From assembly GCA_020348905.1 (NCBI GenBank), contig CP070756.1, forward strand, positions 1,554,311 to 1,618,310: a stretch of DNA of 64,000 nucleotides. Direction: 5' to 3'. Every line of letters begins with the position of its first letter. The first letter of the stretch is position 1. The notes under the pieces were generated by a model. That model saw only the letters and a program-made list of their open reading frames with translations, was not told the origin of the DNA and did no database searches. Both the position numbers and the translations under genes were made by a program. Below, one piece after another: positions 26,402 to 36,285 of this stretch. Source of the DNA: Candidatus Zixiibacteriota bacterium. Lineage in GTDB: Bacteria > Zixibacteria > MSB-5A5 > GN15 > FEB-12.

Positions 26402-28444
26402 ATGAACGAAATAGACAAGCACATTGAATATCGGATTGTGACAGGTTGGCTGTGTCTTTTGACTACGTTGCTTCTCTCGGGAACAGCCTGGAGCCAGGCT
26501 GTCCCGAATTCAGATAAACTGACCCCGGCGGCTAAAGCGGTTGCCAGCAGTCTGGCAGCCGGCGAACGACACAAGTACTGGCTCTATCTCGATCCGGCTG
26601 TTGCCGCCTCCTCGGCCATTGAGTTGTCGGATAAAGCGCTTGCCCGACGCGCTAAAGTCGATCCGGCGAATTTTCTGATCGACAACCGCGATTTCCCCAT
26701 AGCCGATTCCATCCTCCGGGTGATGGAGGCCAGCGGATTGTCGGTGAAGTTTGCCTCGCGCTGGTTTAAGGCAGTGGTAGTGGAGGCCGACTGGTCCGGT
26801 CTCTCGAAGGCGGTGGCACTCCCATTTGTCAGCACGGTAGACCCGGTAAGAACGTTGACGAGGCAGAGGGACGACGATCTGGATTACCCCAAACCATCGC
26901 TACCACGAATTCAAACGATTGACTTTGCTTACGGTTTCTCCGAGTTTCAGAACAGATTCATAAAGGCCGTCAGACCACACTGGCTCGGTTACACCGGTCA
27001 GGGGGTCAGAATCGCGATATTCGATACCGGCTTCAATACCGCCCACCGGTCCTTTGACTCGACTCATATCGTCGCCACCTATGATTTCATCAACGACGAC
27101 CTCGGTGTTGACGATCCGGAATGTCCGTCGGCCAGCTCGACCGATCAGACCTCTCATGGTACAGCAGTGCTGTCAGTCATAGGCGGTTACGATCCCGACA
27201 CGCTCATCGGAGTTGCTCCGGGAGCCGAATTCGCCCTTGCCAAAACGGAGATCACCTGCGACGGCGCCGAAATCAAAATAGAGGAATATAACTGGATTGC
27301 GGCGGCGGAATGGGCCGACACACTTGGCGTCGATATTATCAACTCTTCGGTCGGATACACAGAGTTTACCGACAGCGGCAGTTACACCTTCGATGATCTG
27401 GACGGCAACACCGCCCTGATTACGGTCGCAGCGGATATTGCTGCTTCAAAGAATATACTCGTGGTGAGTTCGGCGGGGAACTACCGCACCAGATCCTGGG
27501 GACACATCGGCACCCCGGCCGACGGCGACTCGGTTCTGGCAGTGGGGGCGGTTAACCCTGATTCGTCCCTGGCCAGTTTTTCTTCGCCCGGACCGACCTC
27601 CGACAACCGCATAAAACCTGACATTACCACCCTGGGGGTAGGCGTTTTTGTGGCCAGTCACTTGGGTGGCTACAAGTACTCCAACGGGACTTCCTTTTCT
27701 TCGCCGCTCACTGCGGGGGGTGCCGCCCTTGCTCTGGAGCGTGACCCTGCCCTCAGCGCTCGGGAACTTCTGGAGCGTATAAGACGGACGGGCAACCGTA
27801 GCGATAATCCCGACAACGATTTCGGTTATGGCCTGTTTGACGCTACGCGCTCCGCCAATCTGTTTATTTCTTTTGACTTACCAGAAATACTTCAAGTAAA
27901 ATATGACCATCCGGAAACCTTCGACGTGTCAATTCAGAACTGGGACGGACCGACCCCCTTGTTGTCGAGCGTTGACCTGCCGGAATGGATGGAGTTTTTC
28001 GACAACGGGGATGGCACCGGTATACTCGAGGTAAATGCTGATGCCGAGAGCCCTCCCAGCTTGATTTTTGGTCTGGCCGCGGCGGTGACCGAGTTCGCTG
28101 ACACGTCGTATTTCGAGCTTCAGGTATTTGGAGATGTGGCGTCAACCGCCACCAACAGCCCTCAAGCTGTTTCAGCCGGTCCTAATCCCTTTTCCGAATC
28201 GGTCCGCATTTTTGTTGGTGAGGCGGCTGGAGAGGTCAAATCTATTTCAATTTTCAACACCGCGGGAGAAATTGTATGGGAACAAGTCAATAATTTCCTC
28301 CCAACTGCCGATGCAACATATGGATTACAGCAGCTCTGGGATGGCCGCAACCTCGACGGTGAGGCGGTCGCGGCCGGTGTATATATTGTTGTAGTAATCA
28401 CCGACCGGCAGACATATCAATTCAAGCTGCTGAAAACGAACTAG
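26402..28444 (+). CDS. Secreted S8 (subtilisin-family) serine peptidase with a T9SS-type / FlgD-Ig-like C-terminal domain
   Basis: Triad motifs AIFDTGF, HGTAV and GTSFSSP. Signal peptide LLTTLLLSGTAWSQA. C-terminus GPNPFSESVRIF...WDGRNLDGEAVAAGVYIVVV...FKLLKTN. Confidence 0.85.
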   Translation: MNEIDKHIEYRIVTGWLCLLTTLLLSGTAWSQAVPNSDKLTPAAKAVASSLAAGERHKYWLYLDPAVAASSAIELSDKALARRAKVDPANFLIDNRDFPIADSILRVMEASGLSVKFASRWFKAVVVEADWSGLSKAVALPFVSTVDPVRTLTRQRDDDLDYPKPSLPRIQTIDFAYGFSEFQNRFIKAVRPHWLGYTGQGVRIAIFDTGFNTAHRSFDSTHIVATYDFINDDLGVDDPECPSASSTDQTSHGTAVLSVIGGYDPDTLIGVAPGAEFALAKTEITCDGAEIKIEEYNWIAAAEWADTLGVDIINSSVGYTEFTDSGSYTFDDLDGNTALITVAADIAASKNILVVSSAGNYRTRSWGHIGTPADGDSVLAVGAVNPDSSLASFSSPGPTSDNRIKPDITTLGVGVFVASHLGGYKYSNGTSFSSPLTAGGAALALERDPALSARELLERIRRTGNRSDNPDNDFGYGLFDATRSANLFISFDLPEILQVKYDHPETFDVSIQNWDGPTPLLSSVDLPEWMEFFDNGDGTGILEVNADAESPPSLIFGLAAAVTEFADTSYFELQVFGDVASTATNSPQAVSAGPNPFSESVRIFVGEAAGEVKSISIFNTAGEIVWEQVNNFLPTADATYGLQQLWDGRNLDGEAVAAGVYIVVVITDRQTYQFKLLKTN

Positions 28445-28455
28445 ATAAACGCAAG

Positions 28456-30375
28456 ATGACAAGTAATCAATCCGTAAGCAGCATCGGCTTGACGCGGTGT
28501 GCGGTCTGTAAGATTGATCTAAAAGGGAGATTCGTCTATCTCGATGAGAAAATCGAAGCTCTGCTTGGATATACCAAGGAACAGTTGTTTGGTAAGTCGT
28601 TTCTTGAGTTTCTCGATGAATCTTCCCAGCATCTGGTCGAGCAGTTGCTTTCACACCGTAATCACTACGAAACATTCTATGATACTACCACAATAACCAT
28701 CTTCAATCGGGCCGGCGAGGCCCAAAATGTAAGAGTGGTTGTGTCTTTGAATTTCATTGCCGGCAATCCGGTAAACTACCAGTTGATAATAGATGCGGAC
28801 CAGGCGACGACTTACAGTAGCGCAGAGGAAACCAGGTCAGAGCCCCAGGTTTCTTTCATCAAGGAGATATTGACTCTGCCGACACCCTGGGATTGGAGAC
28901 AGGCCCTTTCACTTCTGTGTCGTTTTACGGGCACGCACCAGGCCTGCGTTTATCTGATTACTGAAGAGAGACTTGAGCCACGCTCTGCGGTGTGCGGTGA
29001 GGATCCTGGAGAGTCCGCCTTTGGCCAGATGCCCGACGCCGGCGAGCTGCACGTTCAAATCGCCCGCTCGGGCGAAGAATACTCTTTTCTCGACCAGCAG
29101 GCCGTGCAGAGCGTTTTGGAGAGATTCGGTTCGGCCCCGAACGAGTATGTTACCTGCCTGCAGACGTGTGACGGGAACAGGTATCTCGTGCGGTTGATGT
29201 ATGGCGAAGAATTCGACCACCAAAAGGCCCAGGTTTCGATTGAAAACGCACGGCTGGCCCTGAACCTGGTAGGCCGGTTATCCAACCCCGGCGAGTCCGC
29301 CTCGGGCGACAGTAAGGCTGCTGGCGATATTAAGTTCACTGTAGGTTTTCTTGATTCACTCAGTATCGCTGCCTTTCTCATTGACAGAGAAGGGGTCGTA
29401 ATTGGCTATAACCCGTCAGCACTCAGAATCTTCGATGAGCGTCAGCTCGAGGGTAACTACCTGGATGCCATCGGATGCCTGACCGATTATAATTCGTCCG
29501 AACTGGCAAGGCCGATTGTCGATTACCTCAATACTTCACCCGATGATACCGCCATCCCGGATGAGCTCACGCTGGGCGTCAAAACCTCCCCCTCAGAAAG
29601 GGCGGTCCTGACGGTAATGAGGCTGAGCGATGAGCCGGGGAACCTCAGCAGTTGTTTTGTGCTGGTGCCCGAATACTCGTTGATTGAAAGCTCATCGGAT
29701 GACCAGGCCGATCTCAGTATGTGGCAGTCAGTGCTAAACCAGTTGTTTGAGGATCTTCAATCGGTTGAGGACAGCGCCAGGCGCCTGAGTCACGAGTTTT
29801 ATAATGAGTTGAGAGAAGACGGCAACGCGCAATTGGAATCTCTTTCCGAGCGCACTGCTGCCGTCAGAAGCGCCGTGAGTGATCTGCAGCAGTGCATAGG
29901 CCTCATCAACGATGAGGATTCGCCGGATACAACGGATCTCAACTTGCTGATAAACGAGCAGTTGCGTCAGCTTTTGCCGGAAGGGTCGCGCAGCGATGTT
30001 AAGTGCGAGTATAAGGATTTACCCAAGGTCAAGACGAGACCCAGACTGCTGGGTCAGGCGATCTATCGGCTGCTGGGTAACTGTATGAAATATAATGACA
30101 AACCTGCCGTGCAGATAAAAGTGAAGGCCAGTGTTACTGACGATATCTGTGAGATTACGATAGCCGACAATGGTTTCGGCATTGCCGCCAAGAATCTGCC
30201 AAAAGTGTTCGACCCGTTCTTCCGGGCGCCTGACCGAAAAGTCCAGGCCATCGAGGGAAGCGGGGTCGGACTGACCATAGCCAGGAGAATTATACAGGCT
30301 CTTGGGGGAGATATCAGTATCTCCTCTGCGATGGGGGAGGGAAGTGTGGTGAAGATAAAAATTCCCGTGGAATAA
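28456..30375 (+). CDS. Cytoplasmic multi-PAS sensor histidine kinase
   Basis: No TM segments. PAS-like N-terminus (FVYLDEKIEALLGYTKEQLFGKSFLEF), H-box LSHEFYNEL, and an ATPase domain with N/G boxes (DNGFGIA, FDPFFRA, GSGVGL). Confidence 0.85.
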   Translation: MTSNQSVSSIGLTRCAVCKIDLKGRFVYLDEKIEALLGYTKEQLFGKSFLEFLDESSQHLVEQLLSHRNHYETFYDTTTITIFNRAGEAQNVRVVVSLNFIAGNPVNYQLIIDADQATTYSSAEETRSEPQVSFIKEILTLPTPWDWRQALSLLCRFTGTHQACVYLITEERLEPRSAVCGEDPGESAFGQMPDAGELHVQIARSGEEYSFLDQQAVQSVLERFGSAPNEYVTCLQTCDGNRYLVRLMYGEEFDHQKAQVSIENARLALNLVGRLSNPGESASGDSKAAGDIKFTVGFLDSLSIAAFLIDREGVVIGYNPSALRIFDERQLEGNYLDAIGCLTDYNSSELARPIVDYLNTSPDDTAIPDELTLGVKTSPSERAVLTVMRLSDEPGNLSSCFVLVPEYSLIESSSDDQADLSMWQSVLNQLFEDLQSVEDSARRLSHEFYNELREDGNAQLESLSERTAAVRSAVSDLQQCIGLINDEDSPDTTDLNLLINEQLRQLLPEGSRSDVKCEYKDLPKVKTRPRLLGQAIYRLLGNCMKYNDKPAVQIKVKASVTDDICEITIADNGFGIAAKNLPKVFDPFFRAPDRKVQAIEGSGVGLTIARRIIQALGGDISISSAMGEGSVVKIKIPVE

Positions 30376-30378
30376 GTC

Positions 30379-31059
30379 GTGATGATTCCATTGTCGGATT
30401 CAGAAGCAAGCATACTTATCGTTGAAGAGAATCAATATCATGGGCTGCTGATGGAGAGGCAGATTGCCCAACGCCTCGACCATTCCAGAGTAGTTCTTGC
30501 TCGATGCGCCGATGAGGCGCTACGAATAGCCCGTTCCCAACCCTTTGACATTGCCATTGTCGATTTTGTCCTTTCGGAGTGCGATGGGCTCGCGTTGTTG
30601 CGTTCGCTTAAGCAGATTGACCCAAAACTTACGATTGTGGTTGTGGCCGAGGATCTCACGGAAGCCAGCACAAGAGAAGTTCTCCGATGCGGCTGCAAGG
30701 AAATTCTTCTTAAAGATCACTCATTTTACAGCGTCGTACCCAGGATGATTGCCGGCCTGTATCACAGGAAAAAAATGATAGGTGCCAGAGAACGTCGCGA
30801 TGCCCGTCCACATGTGGAGAGTTTCCGGTTTCTGCACCGGGAACTGACAGTACCGCTCGATAACATACTTGCTGCCGCCGAAGCCATACTCGGCCGTACC
30901 AGGTTGCCCGACAACGACTTGACTGAGCGAGTAAGAAGCATACACCAATCCGCGCTGAGTATAAAGTCGTCACTATCGGGCCCGGTCGGGCCGGAGCAGG
31001 CAGATAACAGGTCAGGGTCATCCAAAGTCGAGGAAAAGCGGCAGCATGCGGTCAAATAG
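30379..31059 (+). CDS. Response-regulator receiver domain fused to a DHp/HisKA-like helix, with no catalytic ATPase domain
   Basis: REC domain: ILIVEEN...DIAIVDFVLSECDG...ILLKD. C-terminal FRFLHRELTVPLDNILAAAEAIL resembles the H-box HELRTPL. The protein ends after about 70 more residues. Confidence 0.75.
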   Translation: MMIPLSDSEASILIVEENQYHGLLMERQIAQRLDHSRVVLARCADEALRIARSQPFDIAIVDFVLSECDGLALLRSLKQIDPKLTIVVVAEDLTEASTREVLRCGCKEILLKDHSFYSVVPRMIAGLYHRKKMIGARERRDARPHVESFRFLHRELTVPLDNILAAAEAILGRTRLPDNDLTERVRSIHQSALSIKSSLSGPVGPEQADNRSGSSKVEEKRQHAVK

Positions 31060-31102
31060 GGCCTCAGAGTCACTTTAGGGGTAATATCAGTTGACAAATT
31101 GA

Positions 31103-31132
31103 GCTAAAGGGCTATTCTTTAGCCTGTTTTTT
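31103..31132 (+). terminator. Rho-independent terminator
   Basis: GCTAAAG-ggctatt-CTTTAGC followed by CTGTTTTTT. Confidence 0.6.
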
Positions 31133-31147
31133 ATAAAGGTTAGCCTT

Positions 31148-32023
31148 ATGAATTCGATGACCGGCTTTGGTAAAGCCGAGCTGAAAACAAGATTGGGGCG
31201 GTTCACGGTTGAGATTTCGAGCGTGAACAACCGGTTTCTGGAGATATCTCAGCGGCTTCCGAGGCAGTTTTTTACGCTGGAGCCAAAAATCCGTGACCTT
31301 ATCAGCTCCAGGCTGAGTCGCGGAAAGATCAGCGTCTATGTTGGATTTGACGGTAATGACGGCTCGGCCGAGCAGTTCTACATTAATAATATCGCTATAA
31401 AAGCTTATTATCGCCAACTGCGGGCGATTAAGAAGGAGCTCAAGGTTGACGGTGAAATCACCATTCATGACCTGCTGCTTCTGCCCGAGGTTGCCCGGCC
31501 CGATGAAGCGGGTCTGGACGAAGCGGTGATCTGGCGAGAGCTTAAGCGGGTTATGGTGAAGGCGTTAGATGATCTGTTGGCAATGCGGCGCAAGGAGGGG
31601 AAGGTTATGGCCGGTGATATGAAAAAGCGTATGTCGATGCTGACCCGGCAAACCAAGCAGGTCATTAAGTCCGCGCCGCGGGCGGTTGAATTCTACCGTG
31701 AAAAAATCACCCGGCGTCTGAACGAGTTGCTGGACGCTCCTGTTCCTGATAATCTTCGAATTGAGGAACAGATCGCCCTGATGGCCGAAAAGACCGATAT
31801 CTCCGAAGAGTGCACTCGTTTCCTCAGCCACATTCAGCAATTCAGCGAGGCATTGAGAAGCCACCAGCCGGCGGGGAAAAGACTGAATTTTATACTGCAG
31901 GAAATGAATCGCGAGGCCAATACGATTTCGTCGAAATCGACCGATGCCGACATTTCTTCGCTGGTCATATCAATGAAGGAACAGATTGAAAAGGTCAGGG
32001 AGCTGGTGCAGAACGTTGAGTGA
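31148..32023 (+). CDS. yicC: YicC-family stress-induced protein (endoribonuclease YicC)
   Basis: N-terminal SMTGFGKAE and C-terminal LQEMNREANTISSKS (DUF1732), with typical length. Confidence 0.85.
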   Translation: MNSMTGFGKAELKTRLGRFTVEISSVNNRFLEISQRLPRQFFTLEPKIRDLISSRLSRGKISVYVGFDGNDGSAEQFYINNIAIKAYYRQLRAIKKELKVDGEITIHDLLLLPEVARPDEAGLDEAVIWRELKRVMVKALDDLLAMRRKEGKVMAGDMKKRMSMLTRQTKQVIKSAPRAVEFYREKITRRLNELLDAPVPDNLRIEEQIALMAEKTDISEECTRFLSHIQQFSEALRSHQPAGKRLNFILQEMNREANTISSKSTDADISSLVISMKEQIEKVRELVQNVE

Positions 32024-32044
32024 TGGGGGAGCCGGCATAGTTAG

Positions 32045-32665
32045 ATGAAGCGGAAGCCAGGGACTATCGTTGTCATATCATCGCCCTCCGGCGGAGGAAA
32101 AACTTCCATATGCCGCCGGCTGTTGACTCCTGCGCGCAAGCGGAGAGGCTGGGCATTTTCAATCTCATATACCACCCGGCGCAAGCGGCGGGGAGAAAGA
32201 AACGGTCGCGAGTATTACTTCGTCACAGACAGCGAGTTTAGAAAGCTGATAAAAGCCAACTTCTTCGCCGAACACTTTAAAGTGCATCTTTATCGATATG
32301 GCACACCCCGAAAGCCGATGGAGGAGGTAATCAGAAACGGCGGGGTGATGATTCTGGATGTTGATGTCCAGGGGGCGTTCAGGCTCAAAAAGGAGTACCC
32401 CGAGGCGATTACGATATTTATTCTGCCGCCCTCGATAGCCGAGTTGAGAAAGCGATTGATAAAGCGGGGCACGGAGACTAAAGAGCAGAGGCGGGTTCGC
32501 TTTGAGAATGCCAAACGGGAAATCAGACTTTATCGCAGATTTGAGTATTCTGTTTTCAACGAAGATCTCGACACGGCCGTCAAAGAGGTTTTGAGTATTA
32601 TTAATTGTCATCACTGTCGAACCGAGAAGGTCAGGCCGGAACAAATCAAGAAATTATCAGTTTAA
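32045..32665 (+). CDS. gmk: Guanylate kinase
   Basis: P-loop SSPSGGGKTS, TTRRKRRGERNGREYYFV and ILDVDVQG motifs. Confidence 0.9.
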   Translation: MKRKPGTIVVISSPSGGGKTSICRRLLTPARKRRGWAFSISYTTRRKRRGERNGREYYFVTDSEFRKLIKANFFAEHFKVHLYRYGTPRKPMEEVIRNGGVMILDVDVQGAFRLKKEYPEAITIFILPPSIAELRKRLIKRGTETKEQRRVRFENAKREIRLYRRFEYSVFNEDLDTAVKEVLSIINCHHCRTEKVRPEQIKKLSV

Positions 32666-32692
32666 GTGGTTGATTTTTGTAAGGAGGCACAG

Positions 32693-32920
32693 GTGCATCG
32701 ATTGTCAATTGAGGAACTTACCAAGCTCGGACTGAACCGGTACGAAGCCGTTATTGTAGCTTCGCAGCACGCCAGGAGCTTGAATAACAAGCGCTTAAGA
32801 TCGCTGGAGAAGATGGAAGAGAACCCCCTGGTGGAGATCGAAGCCAGAAAGATCACCATGGTAGCCCTCAAAGATCTTTTGGAGGGCAAGGTAAAGTTTA
32901 CGCGCTCTAATTCGATGTAA
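32693..32920 (+). CDS. rpoZ: DNA-directed RNA polymerase subunit omega
   Basis: NRYEAVIVASQHARSLN core and conserved gmk-rpoZ synteny. Start set at the in-frame GTG at 32693, 5 nt after AAGGAGG (the ORF track begins at 32666). Confidence 0.8.
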   Translation: MHRLSIEELTKLGLNRYEAVIVASQHARSLNNKRLRSLEKMEENPLVEIEARKITMVALKDLLEGKVKFTRSNSM

Positions 32921-32959
32921 TAAATATTACTTTTCAACTTCGATCCTTTAAGGAACTAA

Positions 32960-35248
32960 ATGGCCAAGAACCTGCTGATAGTTGAGTCCCCCGCTAAAAC
33001 CAGAACCCTTTCCCGCTTTTTAGGAAAAGATTTTGATATTCTGGCAACGGTTGGGCATATCCGGGATTTGCCCAAGTCCAAAATCGGAATTGACCCGGAG
33101 AACAACTTCAGCCCCGAGTATATAGTCATCAAGGGCAAGGAAAAGGTCATCAGGGACCTCAAGAAGGCGGCCAAGAACGCCAAGACCGTCTTTCTGGCGC
33201 CGGACCCGGACCGCGAGGGCGAGGCCATCGCTTGGCACGTGGCCAACAGCATCAAGAAAGGTATCAAGGCCGACATCGTCAGAGTTGCCTTCAATGAGAT
33301 CACCAAGCCGGCCGTCACCGAGGCTATTGCCAATCCGCGCGAGATTAACATGAATCTGGTTAATGCCCAGCAGGCCCGCCGGGTTCTCGACCGGATCGTG
33401 GGCTACACCGTATCGCCGTTTTTGTGGAGCACCGTTGCCCGCAACCTGTCAGCGGGTCGGGTCCAGTCGGTTGCCCTGCGGCTGATTGCCGAGCGTGAAG
33501 AAGCGGTCAATGCTTTCAAACCGCAGGAATACTGGCAAGTTCAGGCCGAGTTGGGCACCAAGAAGAAAGACAAATTTACGGCCCGGCTGTACAAAATCGA
33601 TGGCATGACGGTAGTGACACCGAACGGATCGGGCAAGAATAAGATTTCCATCAGTTCCGAGCAAGAAGTTAAGGGGTATATAAAGGAGCTGGAAAAGGCC
33701 GAATATGTTGTCTCCGATGTTAAGAGTTCACATAAGACCAAGAAAGCTTCGGCACCGTTTATAACCTCTACCTTGCAGCAGGAAGCCTTTAAAAAGCACG
33801 GTTTCAGTGCCAAGCAGACAATGTCGACGGCTCAGAAGCTGTACGAGGGAATAGAAATAGGCAAAGAAGGCCCGGTTGGACTGATAACGTACATGCGCAC
33901 CGATTCCACGCGTATCTCCAACGAGGCTCTCAAGGCTGTCCGGTCGTATATATCGAAAACCTTCGGAAAAGAGTATCTTCCGTCCAAACCGGTTCAGTAC
34001 GGCAAGAAGAAATCTGCGCAGGATGCTCACGAAGCTATCCGTCCGACCTACATGAATCTTCCGCCCGATAAAGTAAAAAAGCGCCTGACGCCGCAGCAGT
34101 TCAAGTTGTATTCGCTTATCTGGAATCGCTTTGTGGCTTCTCAGATGTCGCCGGCCAAGTTCGACGTCGAGACGGTATTGATTGACGCGGCCCGGTTTAA
34201 GTTCAGGGCGGCCGCCGAACGAATCGCCTTTGACGGATTTCTTAAGATTTATCACGAAGAAAAAGAACCGGATGAAAACGGCAATGGAATAAATGGTGTT
34301 GATTCGTTGCCTCCTCTGAAAGTGAATGACCAGCTCAAACTCTTTGCTCTCAATCCATCGCAGTCTTTCACAAAGCCGCCGCCGCGGTTTTCGGAGGCGA
34401 TGCTGGTCAAGGAGCTTGAAGCTGACGGTATCGGCCGTCCCTCAACCTACGCAACGATCATCTCCACCCTCAAGGACCGTAAGTATGTGGAGATGGAGCA
34501 GCGGAAACTCAAGCCGACCGAACTGGGAACAGCCGTCAGCAAGATACTTGTGCAGAGCTTCCCCGACCTGTTTGACGTCGGTTTCACGGCCGAGATGGAG
34601 CGGGAGCTGGACTCCATTGAGGAGGGGTCCGACGATTGGGTCGAGGTAGTCAGCGAATTCTACGAGCCCTTCATGGAGACGATAGGCGAGCTTAAGGGCA
34701 AGCAGAAGGAAATCAAGGCGTCGATGGAAGAGAAGACCGACATCAAATGTGAAAAGTGCGGTTCGCCAATGGTTATAAAGTGGGGACGGAACGGCCGGTT
34801 TTTGGCCTGTTCAGCTTACCCCGAGTGCAAATCGACGAAACCGCTTCCGGAAGAAGAGGCCCGGAGCAAAACCGACCAGAAGTGTGAGAAATGCGGATCA
34901 CCAATGGTTATCAAGACCGGTCGATTCGGCCGCTTCATGGCCTGCTCGGCCTATCCCGACTGCAAAAACACCAAAGCTATCACTCTGGGCATCAAATGTC
35001 CCCGCAAGGATTGTTCGGGCGAGATTATTGAAAAGCAGACCAAGGCCAGAAGATTGTTCTACGGTTGCTCCAATTATCCCAAGTGCGATTACGCCAGCTG
35101 GGATATGCCGGCCAAGATTGAATGTCCGGTATGTCATCACCCTTTTATGGTTTTGAAGGTTTCCAAGGCAAAAGGCGAATATTACCGCTGCCCGGAGTGT
35201 AAACATCAGATGGATAAAAGTTCGACGGAAGAGAAGACTGTTGCCTGA
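32960..35248 (+). CDS. topA: DNA topoisomerase I
   Basis: TOPRIM LLIVESPAKTRT, DPDREGEAIAWH, the active-site region YMRTDSTR, and four C-terminal C4 zinc ribbons (CEKCGSPM...C..YPEC, repeated). Confidence 0.95.
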   Translation: MAKNLLIVESPAKTRTLSRFLGKDFDILATVGHIRDLPKSKIGIDPENNFSPEYIVIKGKEKVIRDLKKAAKNAKTVFLAPDPDREGEAIAWHVANSIKKGIKADIVRVAFNEITKPAVTEAIANPREINMNLVNAQQARRVLDRIVGYTVSPFLWSTVARNLSAGRVQSVALRLIAEREEAVNAFKPQEYWQVQAELGTKKKDKFTARLYKIDGMTVVTPNGSGKNKISISSEQEVKGYIKELEKAEYVVSDVKSSHKTKKASAPFITSTLQQEAFKKHGFSAKQTMSTAQKLYEGIEIGKEGPVGLITYMRTDSTRISNEALKAVRSYISKTFGKEYLPSKPVQYGKKKSAQDAHEAIRPTYMNLPPDKVKKRLTPQQFKLYSLIWNRFVASQMSPAKFDVETVLIDAARFKFRAAAERIAFDGFLKIYHEEKEPDENGNGINGVDSLPPLKVNDQLKLFALNPSQSFTKPPPRFSEAMLVKELEADGIGRPSTYATIISTLKDRKYVEMEQRKLKPTELGTAVSKILVQSFPDLFDVGFTAEMERELDSIEEGSDDWVEVVSEFYEPFMETIGELKGKQKEIKASMEEKTDIKCEKCGSPMVIKWGRNGRFLACSAYPECKSTKPLPEEEARSKTDQKCEKCGSPMVIKTGRFGRFMACSAYPDCKNTKAITLGIKCPRKDCSGEIIEKQTKARRLFYGCSNYPKCDYASWDMPAKIECPVCHHPFMVLKVSKAKGEYYRCPECKHQMDKSSTEEKTVA

Positions 35249-35274
35249 CAGGGCTATTTTCAGTGAATATTTCA

Positions 35275-35306
35275 GCCGGAGCAGAAATGCTCCGGCTTTA
35301 TTGTTG
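35275..35306 (+). terminator. Rho-independent terminator after topA
   Basis: AGCCGGAGC-agaaat-GCTCCGGCT, a 9-bp stem followed by TTATTGTT. Confidence 0.7.
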
Positions 35307-35320
35307 CATAGTCCGGCAAT

Positions 35321-36274
35321 TTGATTGACCGGCTTTTTGTTTTTGGATATTTTGATTACGTGTTAGAAGATTTGCTCGAAAAGTACCTGAAGTACTTGTG
35401 CACCGATCGGCAGTGTGCGCCGCGCACGGTGGAGGCTTATCGCCGGGACCTTCGCCCGTGGGTAAAGTTCCTTAACGATCAGTATCAGCGACTTCCATCG
35501 GCAAAAAAGAACGACCCGCTGTTTCTGAGGATATATCTGCACCAGCGCTCGGAGGAGAAAATATCCAACCGGTCGATGGCCAGGTTCCTCTCGGCGCTGT
35601 CCGGTTTTCAGCGATACCTGTCGGGGCGCGAGAAGCTCAAGGAGTATATTTTCAAGTTGCCCGCCATGAAGTATCGGGCCGGCATCCCGGAGTTTGTCCC
35701 CCAGACCGAGATCGGCCGTCTTTTTGACCACGGCGGCAGTAAGCCCGAAAAACAGGCTTTTTATTACTGGCGTGACTACATGATGATAGCTCTCTTTTAC
35801 GCCACCGGTATCCGGCGCGAAGAGTTGAGCAACATAAAGCTGTCCGACCTCGATTTAAACAGCGGCACTATTACCGTGCTCGGCAAGGGCAACAAGGTCC
35901 GCATCGTTCCGGTCGGTGAAAGCACGCTGGCGGACCTCAACAACTACCTGCCTATCAGAGAAGACTTCTGTAAGGTCAAAGCAAGCGATTCACCGAATCT
36001 GTTCTTGAATCGTCAGGGTGGTCCTCTGACGGTACGTTCGGTCGATCGGCTGGTGAAGAAATTTGCCTCGCTCGCGGGAATGGATCTCACTCCGCACATG
36101 CTGAGGCACTCGTTCGCGACCCATCTTCTGGAGAACGGTGCCGACCTGATGCTTATAAAGGAGATACTTGGCCATTCATCGTTGTCTACGACGCAGAAAT
36201 ACACCCACATCACCGCGGAGTCGATGAAGAAGGCCTATAAGCTGGCTCACCCGCGTTCGGGCTCTAAAAAGTAA
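35321..36274 (+). CDS. xerC: Tyrosine recombinase XerC/XerD
   Basis: LEKYLKYL...RTVEAYRRDL N-domain. Catalytic RHR-Y residues (TGIRREE, HMLRHSFATHLL, GHSSLSTTQKYTH). Start uncertain: TTG at 35321 or in-frame GTG at 35360. Confidence 0.85.
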   Translation: MIDRLFVFGYFDYVLEDLLEKYLKYLCTDRQCAPRTVEAYRRDLRPWVKFLNDQYQRLPSAKKNDPLFLRIYLHQRSEEKISNRSMARFLSALSGFQRYLSGREKLKEYIFKLPAMKYRAGIPEFVPQTEIGRLFDHGGSKPEKQAFYYWRDYMMIALFYATGIRREELSNIKLSDLDLNSGTITVLGKGNKVRIVPVGESTLADLNNYLPIREDFCKVKASDSPNLFLNRQGGPLTVRSVDRLVKKFASLAGMDLTPHMLRHSFATHLLENGADLMLIKEILGHSSLSTTQKYTHITAESMKKAYKLAHPRSGSKK

Positions 36275-36285
36275 TGAGGTGAACG

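Noticed and set aside
35321-36274. Tyrosine recombinase, considered as a marker of a prophage or integrative element
   Set aside because: It has Xer-type N- and C-terminal motifs, conserved housekeeping synteny with hslVU, no flanking direct repeats and no phage or transposase genes.
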